Positions 1 to 15,281 of a stretch of DNA of 64,000 bases are shown in pieces. The notes beneath the pieces are model-generated. The model worked only from the letters and a program-made list of their open reading frames with translations, was not told the origin of the DNA and did not search any database. Within the stretch, counting starts at the first letter, position 1; the number at the start of each line of letters is the position of its first letter. Origin of the DNA: Eledone cirrhosa (Eukaryota); contig OZ024746.1 in assembly GCA_964016885.1 (NCBI GenBank), positions 58,280,001-58,344,000 of the forward strand. The letters run 5' to 3'. The position numbers and the translations under genes were made by a program.

Positions 1-204
1 ATGACCGAGGAATGCTCAGCCACCTAAGCCTTAATATAACATGACATATACATATATAGTTATATGATATGGTCTTGTGAATCCCGAGGGATTCGTGGAG
101 TACCTTTATTGAGCCTTTTGTGCCTGGCGGAGTACAGCATATTTCTTCCAGAGAAGGATAGAACATGAGAGGGATAAAGTGAGAAAGAGATATAGATGAA
201 GGAA

Positions 205-340
205 CGACCCCAATACTACAATGGTACCTCAAAAGGTTGTTATTGACCTTGGTGAGATTTGAACTCAAAGCTGGGAGCAAGAACGAACACGACAAAACAC
301 TTTCTCCAATGCATAAGTCACTCTGCCAATTCACCGCCTC
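205..340 (-). mobile_element. Decayed tRNA-derived SINE (family B)
   Basis: Reverse complement GGCGGTGAATTGGCAGAGT...GAGTTCAAATCTCACCAAGGTC resembles the head of the copy at 47201-47392. Confidence 0.65.
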
Positions 341-391
341 ATGTATGTATATATATATATATATACATATATGTGTGTGTGTGTGTGTGTA

Positions 392-425
<34 letters not shown>

Positions 426-461
426 CATATATATATATATTTATATGTATGTATGTATATG

Positions 462-538
<77 letters not shown>

Positions 539-575
539 CTGTATGTATATGTATATAGATATAGATATTTATATG

Positions 576-632
<57 letters not shown>
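341..632. repeat. Compound (TA)n/(TG)n microsatellite, representative of dozens of such tracts in the window
   Basis: Direct dinucleotide runs; these generate the YI/CV-rich pseudo-ORFs. Confidence 0.97.
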
Positions 633-633
<1 letters not shown>

Positions 634-845
634 AAGGCGCGTGGCTGAGTGGTAAGAGAATTGAACTCTTAATCGTGAGGTTGTGCGTTCGATTCCTGGA
701 CCGGGCGATGCGTTATGTCCTTGGACAATACACTTTATTTCACGTTGCTCCTTCTACATGGAGTTGCAACCGATAGATAGTATTAGCAATTGGAAAGACC
801 AATGGAAACATTGTTTGCTCGGTTCGATTTGACGAAAGTCAATCG
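633..845 (+). mobile_element. tRNA-derived SINE (family A)
   Basis: A box TGGCTGAGTGG and B box GTTCGATTCC; near-full-length homologs at 12251-12460 (-) and 59962-60174 (-). Confidence 0.88.
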
Positions 846-919
846 ACTGACATATAAATATATACATATATATACACATATACATATATATATATATACA
901 TACATACATATATATTTAC

Positions 920-952
<33 letters not shown>

Positions 953-995
953 GAGAGAGAGAGCGAGATAGAAGAAGACAGAGAGAGAGAGAGAG

Positions 996-1033
<38 letters not shown>

Positions 1034-1750
1034 AGTGACACAGACACTCAAGCAGAAAAGTCTATAACTCTAGTGTATTTTAAAGAAGTTTTAAAGACAT
1101 TCTGTACGAAAACCTTCTGAACTTTACCACGATTTTAGCCGAAATGTCTGTCTATATATTAACTATTTTTCTCTGCCATTGTCACATTCCAATTATCGTT
1201 TCAACGTAACACTTTGTTCTATTAATAAGTCATTGTCTTCCAATTCTTGATATCTGTGCCACTGTTCGACTTGGAGAACAAATTCCAAAATGTTATCCGA
1301 CCTGCTATTTTCAACTTTGAACCCCACCATTGTTTGTATTTTAGAGATAATTTCAAAACTGACATTAATTCTGCGTCCATTTTTGTATAGCTTTCATTAG
1401 TATTCCGTCGGATTTCAAAGAATGCTTTTCTTTTTATTCATGTTCTTAGTGAATATATATATGGCAGCGAATCCATACACGCATTGATCACAATTCAGCC
1501 GTGATTACATAGATGCCAGCAAATTATATGGAAAGATAATGCACCAATCTGTGCTATAAAGAACACAAACAATGAGTCAGTTTGGACAACGGTGCACTAC
1601 TGCTACAATAATGGTCACTAAATCTGGCTTGAAGCCACATTCTGTCTCTGCTACCTCTTCCATGGTAGGCAATGTAAGTACATGTAATGACGTGACTGAT
1701 ATACATGCATATATGTAGACGATATAATGATATATATATACATATATATG

Positions 1751-1914
<164 letters not shown>

Positions 1915-2027
1915 TGTATATATAATATATTTACCCCTAACTTTTACTTCTGTATATATATATATATATATATATAAATATATACATATACTGAAGTAAA
2001 GAGCACTCAGCCCATAGGATGAGTTTA

Positions 2028-2225
2028 GTATTACAACAGTGACATAGACAGGTACTCTTCAAGTTTCGTTGGGTCCTGCGTGAAGTCTCTTGTTATATCC
2101 CCATATGGAAAACACAATCAACCAGAGGCGGCCATTTTGTCTTTCATTTTTCTGATAACAGGCTGAAGAAATTGGAGCACAGAACCCCACGAAACTAGAG
2201 TACCTGTATTTGTCGCCGTTGTAAT
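2028..2225. mobile_element. Fold-back PLE-type terminal fragment
   Basis: ATTACAACAGTGACATAGACAGGTACTCT is inverted to AGAGTACCTGTATTTGTCGCCGTTGTAAT; CTGAAGA...GAAAC in the right arm; (TA)n on both flanks. Confidence 0.6.
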
Positions 2226-2244
2226 TATTTATATATATATATAC

Positions 2245-2286
<42 letters not shown>

Positions 2287-2384
2287 GTAAGTATGTACTA
2301 AGTGTCGTACTAAGAGTGCCGTACTAAGAGTGAGAAATGAAATTTCGTTTCATTCTATTACAACTTATATATATATATATATAT

Positions 2385-2580
2385 AACGAAGGAAATGTGG
2401 TAAGGAACCAGGTGGATCATAACGCACCAAAGTACTCAATACTTGAGGTAGTAGAGTAGGTAATAGGAACCAGTAAGACCCCGACAGCTGAGCTCAAGCC
2501 GTTTCGACGGCTAATTCTGGACTGAGTCCAGAATTAGCCGTCGAAACGGCTTGAGCTCAGCTGTCGGGGTCTTACTGGTT

Positions 2581-2585
<5 letters not shown>
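2385..2585 (-). mobile_element. About 150-bp non-autonomous element with perfect 61-bp fold-back (family H)
   Basis: Arms 2463-2523 and 2525-2585 are exact reverse complements; homologs at 5289, 9466, 30786, 38814 and 63159. Confidence 0.85.
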
Positions 2586-5288
<2,703 letters not shown>

Positions 5289-5490
5289 AACGAAGGAAGT
5301 GTGGTAAGGATCCAGGTGGACCATAACGTAGCAGAGTACTCGATACTTAGGGTAGTAGAGTGAGTAATAGGAAAAGAGTCAGGATCCCGCCGGCTGAGCT
5401 CCGGCCGTTTCGACAGCTGGATCTGAACAGTTCGGATCTAGCTGTCGAAACGACCGGAGCTGAGCCGTCGGAGTCTGACTCTTTTCCTAT
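5289..5490 (-). mobile_element. Family H fold-back copy
   Basis: Homologous to 2385-2585; inverted arm ends at TTCCTAT/(TA)n. Confidence 0.82.
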
Positions 5491-5630
5491 ATATATATAT
5501 TTATAAATACATATATAAATATTTATATATATATATTTAAGCAAATTATATATATAAGCAAATTATATATATAAGCAAATTATAAACGTAAACATTTAAG
5601 TATGTTTTTGAAACGGTGCGCGAGTTTGAA

Positions 5631-5939
5631 AATTAGAAATTAGAAATGATAAGCTTTCACCGTATTTTAGACTAAAGAAATTTCTAGCCTGATAGTGGGG
5701 TTTATAACCCTCGGAGAAATGGAAAAAGATGAGTGTTGCCGTACATGAGAGTCGAATCCACATCTTTGGTTATCCAGACCAATGTGCTACCATTACACCA
5801 ATACACATCCCGTCTCCTTCCATTCGACTCCCATGTACTGCAACACTCATCTTTTTCCATTTCTCCGAGGGTTATAAACCCCACTATTAGGCTAGAAATT
5901 TCTTTTGTCTAAAATACGGTGAAAGCTTATAATTTCTAA

Positions 5940-5947
<8 letters not shown>
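5631..5947. mobile_element. Fold-back element with about 125-bp arms enclosing a tRNA-like sequence
   Basis: 5631-5757 is inverted to 5822-5947; followed by (TA)n. Confidence 0.8.
5737..5807 (-). ncRNA. tRNA-like cloverleaf (pseudo-tRNA or Pol III head)
   Basis: TGGTGTAATGGTAGCAC D arm, TTGGT-CTGGATA-ACCAA anticodon arm, TTCGACT T loop, 3' GTACGGCA, then a T5 run; acceptor stem imperfect. Confidence 0.55.
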
Positions 5948-5982
<35 letters not shown>

Positions 5983-5987
<5 letters not shown>

Positions 5988-7262
5988 GGAAGCAGAAAAT
6001 TGCTTATTATGATCCAGTTACTGGTTAAGAAAGCCAGTTTCGTCGAAGGTTTCAACGTACGGTTAGGGGTAACTCCACAAGTTTGTAAGAATTCCGTTCA
6101 ATCTTGGAGTATAAAGTATAAAAGAGAAAACACAGTAAACATTAAGAGAAGGATTTTATCCAGGTATTTAAGACCGTTTCATTGGTAAGTGCAACCTTAT
6201 ATTGCTATACTGCAAATAGCAGCCACTCAATTATAATTGTTGTTCACGTCCAAATTTTCAAAATAGTAAGTTACTCTTGAAATAGTTCTTAATATATAGA
6301 GAAAAACATTTTTTTTAAATTGTATTTACCAGTATAGAGAGAGAGGAAGAGGAATTAGAATGTGAGGGGACAAACGGAATAGTATACAGGAAGGGGGAGG
6401 AAAAGTTAGGAAGTAGAGTGACCAACTGAGATGGAGGGCAGGGGGTAGAGGTGGAAGGATTCCTTGATCAGTTTTGATATGTAGACTTCATGTCGTGGAA
6501 TGTATGGAGTTAAAGAGAATTAAATTGATCATAGTGGGAGGGATGGAGAGAGAGAGAAAGAGAGGGGGAGATATAAAGAGTTAATATATATATAAAAAAT
6601 AAAGATAAAGATAATAATGACAAAAATAAAAGCAAAGAAGGGGGAGAAAGAAGAAAAGATAACCAAAACGGGGAGGGAAGGAAGGAAGAAAACGAAGAAA
6701 TAGAAGGGGAATGAAGGAGTAGGTATTGTTTTTTGTGGGTAATTAAAAGGCTTTAGATACAATAAGAGGGTATAAAGTCTAAGTATATGCAGTTTGTCAG
6801 TTGGTAATAAGAGGTTAAGGGTTCAATTTGCACTTGTAGTGCGAAAACATCCCTTTGAGTCTATGGTTACAATAAATTGATCTTTCGATTTTATTGTTGA
6901 GTAACCTATTCTTCGAACTCAAAATGTGGAACAGCTCAAGGTCACATAATCGACAGCTTCTCATACCACTCCGATATGGAGGCGCGTTCGATAATGTTTT
7001 CCACTTCAGGGTGTATTGATGGTTACTTTCCCTCAGTTGCCAGGTCTTGTTTGCAAGGGTAGTTACATAACGATGCTGGGAATGTTTCATTGCGTAACGG
7101 TATGTATAACAACGGGCTTTAAATGTATTCCCAGTCAATTATAATTGAGTGGCTGCTATTTGTAGTATAGCAATATAAGGTTGCACTTACCAATGAAACG
7201 GTCGTAAATACCTGAATAAAATCCTTGTCTTAATGCTTACCTGTGTTTTCTCTTTTATACTT
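5983..7262 (-). mobile_element. 5'-truncated Hydra-type PLE with inverted 5' pLTR piece
   Basis: GIY-YIG C-terminus 6815-7138 (TFKAR..LKW..CRLCDLE..LLN..CNHR); 7136-7262 is inverted to about 6112-6239. Confidence 0.85.
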
Positions 7263-7451
7263 ATATATATATAGCAGTTCTTCTACTTTTGAAAAGCAGA
7301 AGAATGGCTAAACTGGTAAAGGAACCAAATTAATATATATTTAAAAAAAAAAAAGACTCCAGTTGCATTTTAGATTTCATCTTTTTTCTTTACACTTTCA
7401 CTCGTGTAGGACACCTCGGTTATTTTTCATTTTGTAAAAATAAAACCTCAC

Positions 7452-7489
<38 letters not shown>

Positions 7490-7670
7490 CAAATTTAATA
7501 TAGAAATGGTTTCTACAGGACTTGCATTGTAATAGGGTGGTATGTTTATGTTTTCTGGTGGTTGGGAGAGGTGCTGATTTTAAGGATGGTCTGAGGTTAT
7601 TGGCTGAAAGATTTTAAGGAACTGGGATTTTTAGAAAAGACAATTTTTAGAAATATACAATTAATACAAT

Positions 7671-7852
7671 AACTGTTTCTACTTTTTGGCACAAGGCCAG
7701 CAATCATCCCAGTACATTACTGGTGCTTTATTTTATCGACCCCGTAAGGATGAAAGGCAAAGTTAACCTCGGCGGGAATTGAACTCAGATCGTAAAGGGA
7801 CGTAACTATGCTGGCAAGCATAACCCAACCCTCTACCGATACTGCCAATTCA
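7671..7852 (-). mobile_element. tRNA-derived SINE (family B)
   Basis: GAGTTCAATTCCCGCCGAGGTTAACTTTGCCTTTCATCCTTACGGGGTCGATAAA core on the minus strand. Confidence 0.88.
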
Positions 7853-7870
7853 TACAATAACGAAGATAAA

Positions 7871-9303
7871 GGAGGCGAAACCATGGTCAAGTGGATGGGC
7901 CACTTATGTAATCTTGTGTGGAACACGGGTGAAGTCGCAGAAGATTGGAGAAACGGAGCGGATGTCTGTATCCCCAAGAAGGGCAACCTTGCCGATTGTG
8001 ACAACTGGAGGGGAGTGGCACTTCTCTCCATACCAGGGAAGGTCTATTGTCTGATGATCCTGAACCGCATACGAGGCATGGTTGACCGGGAACTGCGAGA
8101 ACAACAGTCAGGGTTCCAACCAAAACGTTCCTGTGCAGAGCAGATCTTTACGTTACGCCGCATCATTGAGGGGTACAACGAATTCCAGAGGCCCCTCGCC
8201 GTCAGCTTCATCGATTTCTCCAAGGCATTCGATAGCATTCATCGACCGTCACTCTGGAGCATCATGCATGAGTATGGTCTGCCCCAGAAAGTCATTTCGG
8301 CAATCAAACAAATTTACGCAAACTCCAAGTGCTGCATACGGACAGAGGATGGTTACAGTGACTGGTTTGAGGTGGTTACTGGTGTGCGTCAGGGTTGCTC
8401 GCTCTCTCCAATTCTCTTTTCCATAGCCATTGACTGGGTACTGAGAAGAGCGTCTAAAGACCAGGGTATATCTTGGGTGGGAGAGCAAAAGTTGTCTGAC
8501 CTGGACTTTGCGGACGATATTGTGGCACTTGCAGAGAGCACAGCTGACCTGCAAATTATTATGAACAATATCAATGTCGAAGCAGGAAGCTTAGGTCTCA
8601 ATATCAGTGCTAAGAAGACCAAAAGCATGTTATCTGGGACACACCCATCACCAACTAGTGCTTTCATTGAACAGGGGGAGGTGGAGATAGTGGAAAACTT
8701 CACCTACCTAGGAAGCTCCATTGACAATGGGGGCGCCATGGACAGTGAATTGCAACGTAGAATGGGAAAGGCTTCAGCAGCATTTAACCAGCTTGTCAAG
8801 ATCTGGAAGAGCAGGAAGTTCACCCTCAAAACAAAGATGAGATTCTACAACAGCAACGTGCGGTGACATACTCTTGTACGGAAGTGAAACATGGCACCTT
8901 AAGACCAGCCAAGAGAAGAAGTTGGACGCATTCGATTCCAGGTGTCTGCGAAAGATCCTGGAGATTAAATGGAGTGACCATGTAACAAACCAGGAAGTCA
9001 GGAACCGCACCAACCAGCAGCTAGTCTCTTCTGCCATCTGCAAGCGAGGCCTGGGCTGGTTTGGGCACGCTTTGAGATTCCCCCGGAGAGACTGGCGAAC
9101 CAAGTACTTAAATGGAACCCACAGGGAAGCAGACGGAGAGGGCAACCCCAAATGAACTGGCGCCAGACAGTTTAGAGGGACCTGCGAGAGACAAACAGAC
9201 AATGGCAGGACGCTGTGCAAGTGGCTGCTCACCGAACGCGGTGGAACACTATGATTGCCTCATGCGTCGCAAGACGCGGGAGCTTCTGAGTCTGAGTCTG
9301 AGT
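7871..9303 (+). mobile_element. 5'-truncated RTE-clade LINE
   Basis: RT motifs NWRGVALLS, QSGF, FIDFSKAFDSI, GVRQGCSLSP, LDFADD, YLGS, LYGSETW; (CTGAGT)3 tail; 9-bp TSD GAAGATAAA at 7862-7870 and 9304-9312; premature TGA at 8864. Confidence 0.93.
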
Positions 9304-9465
9304 GAAGATAAAAAGCAGGTTCATACACACACTCAAATAACTATATAAATTCTTACATACTGACGCCCACATATTTTAAAGTAAACAAAATGTTTTTATA
9401 GTGGCTAGTTCTGGCCAAAAGAATTTGGTGTCAACTGTCAAATCAATTATTAGTGAATCGCCATG

Positions 9466-9608
9466 ATCAGTTCGGATCTTGCTGTCGAAACGGCTGGAGC
9501 TCAGCCGTCGGAATCCTGACTCTTTTCATATTACCCACTCTACTACTCTAAGTATCGAGTACTCTGGTGCGTTTTGATCCACGTGGTATCTTACCACTCC
9601 TTCTTTGT

Positions 9609-9610
<2 letters not shown>
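9466..9610 (+). mobile_element. Family H copy without inverted arm
   Basis: Sense copy ending in CCTTCTTTGTTA(TA)n. Confidence 0.78.
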
Positions 9611-9636
<26 letters not shown>

Positions 9637-9639
<3 letters not shown>

Positions 9640-10691
9640 CTCGACCTCAGCTGTGCACAACCACGCGATGGACCACGGCGGACACCCAACAGCCCCGCAA
9701 GAATAGGACCAGGAAGGTCACGTGGTATAACCCTCCGTACTCGGTGGGTCTACGTACCAGCCTGGCTAGAACATTCTTTAGAGTACTGTATAAATGTTTC
9801 TCTAGGGCCCACAAGTACCATAAGCTATTCAACAGGCACACGGTGAAACTTTCCTACTCAACCACACGCTCCGTAGCCCAGCACATAGCTGGCATAAATA
9901 GGAATAGTCTCACTGCCTCTAATACCACCGTAAATCCCGGAGCCACCCAACAGAACCAGCACGCAGGTCGCACCGGAACCCGGACAGGCCCAACTAGCAC
10001 ACCGGAACCCAACGACCCTGTGCTGATTGCAGAGGTTACCCAGCCAACCCAGAGTGATGGTAACCACGCGGTACATGTGGTGGGGCTTAAGAAGTCATGT
10101 AATTGCAGAGACCCATCAGTATGCCCCCTTAGTAATGAATGCATGCCGAAAAACGTAGTCTACAGGTGCAAGGTCACAACCCCTAACTCGGAGCACCACT
10201 ACATAGGATCCACAGCGACGAGCTTCAAAGATCGTTGGTATAACCATCGCCATTCCTTTAACAGAATAGATAAGAGGAAATGTACGGCCCTTTCTGAATT
10301 GATCTGGGAGCTCAAACTTGAAAAGACCCCGCACTCTCTGGTCTGATCCGTGGTTAGAAAGCTTCCCCCAGACAGATGCGGGTCTGGTATTTGCAACCTC
10401 TGTCTTAGTGAGACACTCGAGATTCTTCATGGCAGAACCAAGCTATTAAACAGAAGGGCCGGCTTATTCGGTGCTTGCAGACACCCAAGGACGGGAACTT
10501 TCCTCAAGCTATATGGATAAACCCGGTTAAGGCCTCCCACAACGCCCCCCCCCCCCTTGTAGGTCCCCTACACACCGTACCAACGAGCAATGGACAACAA
10601 CAACAACCCATAGTTTGTGGTCCATATGGTGGATGGTCCACCGGATCCTCTACTGGTTAGGAGTCATCAAAACCACGTTTTATTGAACCTG

Positions 10692-10726
<35 letters not shown>

Positions 10727-10978
10727 TGTGTGTGTATATATGTATGTATTTTATATGTGTATATATGTGTATTTTATATGTATGTATGTATATATATATT
10801 TATGAATATATATATATGTATATATTTTATATATATATATATATATGTATGTATTTTATATATATGTATGTATATTTTATATGTGTATATATTTTATATA
10901 TGTATATATTTTATATATATATATATATTTAATATATATATATGTTTTATATATATGTATATTTTATGTATATGTGTG

Positions 10979-11030
<52 letters not shown>

Positions 11031-11036
11031 TTGCGC

Positions 11037-11102
<66 letters not shown>

Positions 11103-11833
11103 CTGTATGGATTAGTGTGTGTAGATGTGTGTGTGCCTGATGGCAGAGGTGTGAGTGTATGTTCAAGTCAACCAACATAATTTTTATTTCTAAATTTTCT
11201 AAACTATCTAAGTATTGGACACTAACCATCATTTTAAGTATTACCACCCGCACATTAATTCCTCAATTTGTATGTGTGGATGTGTGTGTGTGTCTGTAGA
11301 GGTGGGTGTTGGTGTACGTGCAAGCCAACCTACATAAGTATTTTTATTTGTAAATTTTCTACTCTATTTGTAAATTTTCTACTCTAAACATAATATTCAG
11401 TAGCACCACTTCAGATAAATTTCTCAGTTTAAGAATGACCTGTAGTATCTATTTCATACTATTAACCTTAATTGAATATATATCGGACCAGGAATGCTTT
11501 TTGTCAAAATCAGTTATATGGAACTATTGTCATCTTGCCTGTCGGTTTGAACTTTACAACACCACCTGCCTCTTTGAGGTCAAATACCAAACCTACTAGG
11601 ATCTACAAACTGACCAATGAGAATTAAGACTATTCCTGCTGACAACATTAAATTATTCCTAACAAGCTCATATGTCCCAAGGCTCTGATACCATCAACAC
11701 TATAAACACAGAGCTGACATATCTAAGAACTGACTAACTGCCTGATGAGGTCATAGCCATTCAATGGCTATCATCGAAATATATATAGCAGTAAATAAAG
11801 GATTATGAGTTCATGCAATTGACTTATGTTTCG

Positions 11834-11840
<7 letters not shown>
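9637..11840 (+). mobile_element. 5'-truncated Hydra-type PLE (linker + GIY-YIG) with probable microsatellite-rich 3' UTR
   Basis: WYNPPYS, HKYHKLFNRHTVKLSYS, CNC-x5-CPL, VVYRC..YIGST, then CNLC and CRH after a TGA at 10344; HHR at 11737-11792; joining of the 3' UTR is inferred. Confidence 0.8.
11737..11792 (+). ncRNA. Type I hammerhead ribozyme motif
   Basis: ACTGC-CTGATGA-stem II (ATAGCCATT/AATGGCTAT)-GAAA-TATATATA-GCAGT. Confidence 0.75.
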
Positions 11841-11865
<25 letters not shown>

Positions 11866-11872
<7 letters not shown>

Positions 11873-12155
11873 GAATATAAAAGAGAGATAAACACAGATA
11901 TAAACATATATCTGTTCAAATCTTAAGGGACCAGATTCGCCAGCGTGAAAATAATACTAACTATAGACAATATAGTTTGCCAGGCTCAATTTAAAACAAT
12001 AAATCAAGGAAAGAAATACAAACCGATTTTGGGCAACTGTGTTTATCTCTCTTTTATATTCAATTATATTACACGCCTCAGAAAAACCTCTTTCTTTGAG
12101 CTATTTAATTGTAAGAGACTATTTTGAGTTTCTAACTCAATATATACCTTTGACT
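11866..12155. mobile_element. Fold-back insert in (TA)n
   Basis: ATATAATTGAATATAAAAGAGAGATAAACACAG is inverted at about 12037-12069. Confidence 0.6.
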
Positions 12156-12250
12156 TATATATATATATATATATATATTTTAGTACAGCATTAACGAAGC
12201 TTTACTTTGCGGCCAAGCTAACGAATGCAAATATATATATATAAAAGGAT

Positions 12251-12460
12251 CGATCGACTTTCTTCGGATCGGACCGAGGAAACAGTGTTTCTGTTGGGCA
12301 TTCCTGTTGCTAGTGCTATCTATCTGTCGCAACTCCAGGTAGAAGGAGCAATGTGAAATAAAGTGTCTTGCTCGAGGACATAACGCATCGCCCGGTTCAG
12401 GAATCGAACTCACAACCTCAAGATTGTGAATCCAATTCTCTAACCACTCAGCCACACGCC
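12251..12460 (-). mobile_element. tRNA-derived SINE (family A)
   Basis: Homologous to 633-845. Confidence 0.88.
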
Positions 12461-12483
12461 TATATATATATATATATATATAA

Positions 12484-12720
12484 GCAAAGGGGTATTTAAT
12501 TTGTTGGTAATTCAACAAATATATTTATAACAGATTCGAAGCACTCGACAGATTTTCTGGAGTATAATATATCAATGATACTAATAAATGGAAACTATAT
12601 TTATAAAACCATATTTATTCTATTATATATATTTCAAGGTTCAAGGGTACCAACACTTTGATAGGCTCTCAGCAGCTAAAATACAGATTTTGTTTTATAA
12701 ATATTGACATACCCAGTAAT
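12484..12720 (-). mobile_element. pLTR-like fragment related to 49890-50369
   Basis: Shares TAAATGGAAACTATATTTATAAAACCATATTTATT with about 49990-50025. Confidence 0.6.
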
Positions 12721-12811
12721 GATACCTTAACGGTTCAAGTTTCTCCTGGAGAAATATATAGATATATATTACAATAGAATATATATATATATATATATAT
12801 ATATTACAATA

Positions 12812-12865
<54 letters not shown>

Positions 12866-13264
12866 AATATAATAATTACAACTTCATGTAAACTTTATTT
12901 TCTTATTACAATGTTTCCATATCGTTTGTTTGATCATGCGATCGGATCCCGACCCTTCATGGAGACTTCTACCGATATGAGAGCTTCCATGAGTGGTAAA
13001 CCTAGCAAATATAAACGTGTTGAATATTGTAAGAAGATATATAAACTTTATATTCAAAAATAAATATGTATGTATATTTGCCCATGCCGCTACATAGAAT
13101 GACATATCAGCTTCTATGAAACAAAAGATTGCTCTGCTGATGTATGTAATGACCTGCAATGTGTTCTAAATGATTTAAACCTGGTGGAGCCAATTCTTCT
13201 CCCACTCTGAATTGACCAGAACCGACATTATACAGAAAGGGGGTGAGATAGTGATAAAGTACTT

Positions 13265-13387
13265 GAATTAAACTTTATTGAAATTATACATTTAACCTCG
13301 GTGGGATTTGAACTCAGAACGCAGAGATCCGGAACGAATCCTGTAAAGCATTATGTCCCACATTCTAAAGACTCTACTAATTCACCT
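13265..13387 (-). mobile_element. Decayed SINE head (family B-like)
   Basis: AACCTCGGTGGGATTTGAACTCAGAAC B-box region. Confidence 0.6.
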
Positions 13388-14517
13388 TACATGTGTATGT
13401 CTGTATGTGTTTGTGTAAGTGTGAGCATGGCTTTGCGTGTGCGTGTGTCTGTGTGTGTTTTGTATGTTCTAGTGTGTGCGTGTCTGTATGTGTTTGTCGG
13501 TACATGTGTGTATATGCGTATGTATGTGTGTGTGTGTGTGTATGTTGGTGTGAGCATGTGTGTGTCCGATTGTGAATTAAGATGAAATGGGAAATATATT
13601 GATTAATGGATGGAAATGAATGAAAAATTAGTTTCATTAATATAATTTCTGAAAATATTCAATATAGAACGATCTGTTCTGACATCTGAACTACTACTAC
13701 GTCTCTATTGACATTTTTCTATTCAATATACCTGTTATTATTTCCCTTATTTGCTTCCGTAGATTTCCCCTGTTTCTATTCTATGCCCATCTACCGTTTA
13801 TGCCCCTTTCAATCACTCTATATATGTCATGCTCTTTTTCTATCTGTCTTTCTCTTTCTCTTTCTCTCTATCTATCTACCACTCTATCCCTCCCTCTATG
13901 TATTTATATTTCACTTTGACTCTGTCTCTTGTGTTTAAGCATTGATTATATGACAACCGTATTTGCATGTTAAAACCGGACAGCGTTTCCTGTCGACGCA
14001 AACCTGGCATTCACGAAATCACAGACTTGGTTTCATTAAAGCGTGTATTTTTATTATAACTTATTTAAAGGACGCCATTTTGACAAGTAATAATTAATAT
14101 TAAAATTCGTCCAATAAATCAAATTTATACACGAAATTTTCATTGAATCAAAGATTTTGCGCTTGAATAAAATGTATCTAATTAAAATTTGTTAATATTG
14201 GATCAATAAGATGCTTATTGACGCGGCGAAACATTATTATTTTGATGAGGCGTCTCTTAGAAAGAATTTATTTTAAATTTATGAGATTTTTCTTATAACA
14301 AAACATTGAAAAGAAAATCACTGTGAATCCAAACAAAGGGCTGATGTGTGTCGAGAATTAACTCAATGAAACAACAGTGAATATAGTTCATATTCAGATT
14401 CATGGTACCTGTGATTTCTAGTTAAACAGACCTATTTAATGGAGATTAATACAAAAACACGCATAATAAACGCTACGTTAGATACCACGTACGGAGAATT
14501 AAATTGATAAATATCCT

Positions 14518-14518
<1 letters not shown>

Positions 14519-14591
<73 letters not shown>
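14519..14591. repeat. (TAG)n microsatellite
   Basis: About 24 perfect GTA units. Confidence 0.97.
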
Positions 14592-14592
<1 letters not shown>

Positions 14593-15184
14593 TTTTTGTC
14601 TTTATCGCTGTTGCTGTTTAGTCCCATGTGCTCAATAGCAGCGGGTGTTTGGTCATAGATTTATAGTTATCTATTTATTTGTAAATTTTAAATATATTTA
14701 TCTAGGTGTATATAATTAAATGTTTATTTTATATCACATAGTTGAGTGCGATTTCTGACAGAGCTCTCAAAATCTGATTGATCTTTGTCGTAAAAAATCT
14801 AGTATACTGGAGCCTGAATTGGGAAGTGTCATGCGAAGTACTGGGAGACAATTTTCTGGCCTATGAGCAGGACGGGGACAGTATTGAGATCCCTCATAGC
14901 CCAAGGATTCCCTAGGGAAGATTTGGTACATACATCCCGGAATAGAAGAAGGATGGTGAAAGGGTTTGAGACACTTGTGGGTGAATATCTCTCGTCATCC
15001 AATGCCCTACAGGTAAAAATCTGAACTAATTAACTTACATTGTATATAAAATTGATTTTTCACTATAAAACATCATTCCCTTTCATCACCAAACGTATAT
15101 CATAATATTTTCCCATCATCCATTACGTCACTCTGAGATTCGCTGATGACAGGCGTTTGATTCTCTGCCCTTTCTCTCACTCTT

Positions 15185-15186
<2 letters not shown>

Positions 15187-15277
<91 letters not shown>
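15187..15277. repeat. (CT)n microsatellite
   Basis: Perfect run. Confidence 0.97.

Positions 15278-15281
<4 letters not shown>

Noticed and set aside
237-776. Many 60-180 aa ORFs rich in YI, CV, HT, RE or SL repeats throughout the window
   Set aside because: They are translations of dinucleotide microsatellites that lack stop codons, with no domain content.
633-845. SINE heads as functional tRNA genes
   Set aside because: They are multi-copy, have non-tRNA bodies and lack complete cloverleaf pairing.
1580-1679. Possible host exon ending at GTAAGT
   Set aside because: Short open frame, weak acceptor, no recognisable protein and no partner exon.
14762-15012. AG...GT-bounded GC-richer segment resembling an exon
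   Set aside because: All three frames contain stops; at most a non-coding exon, which cannot be shown here.
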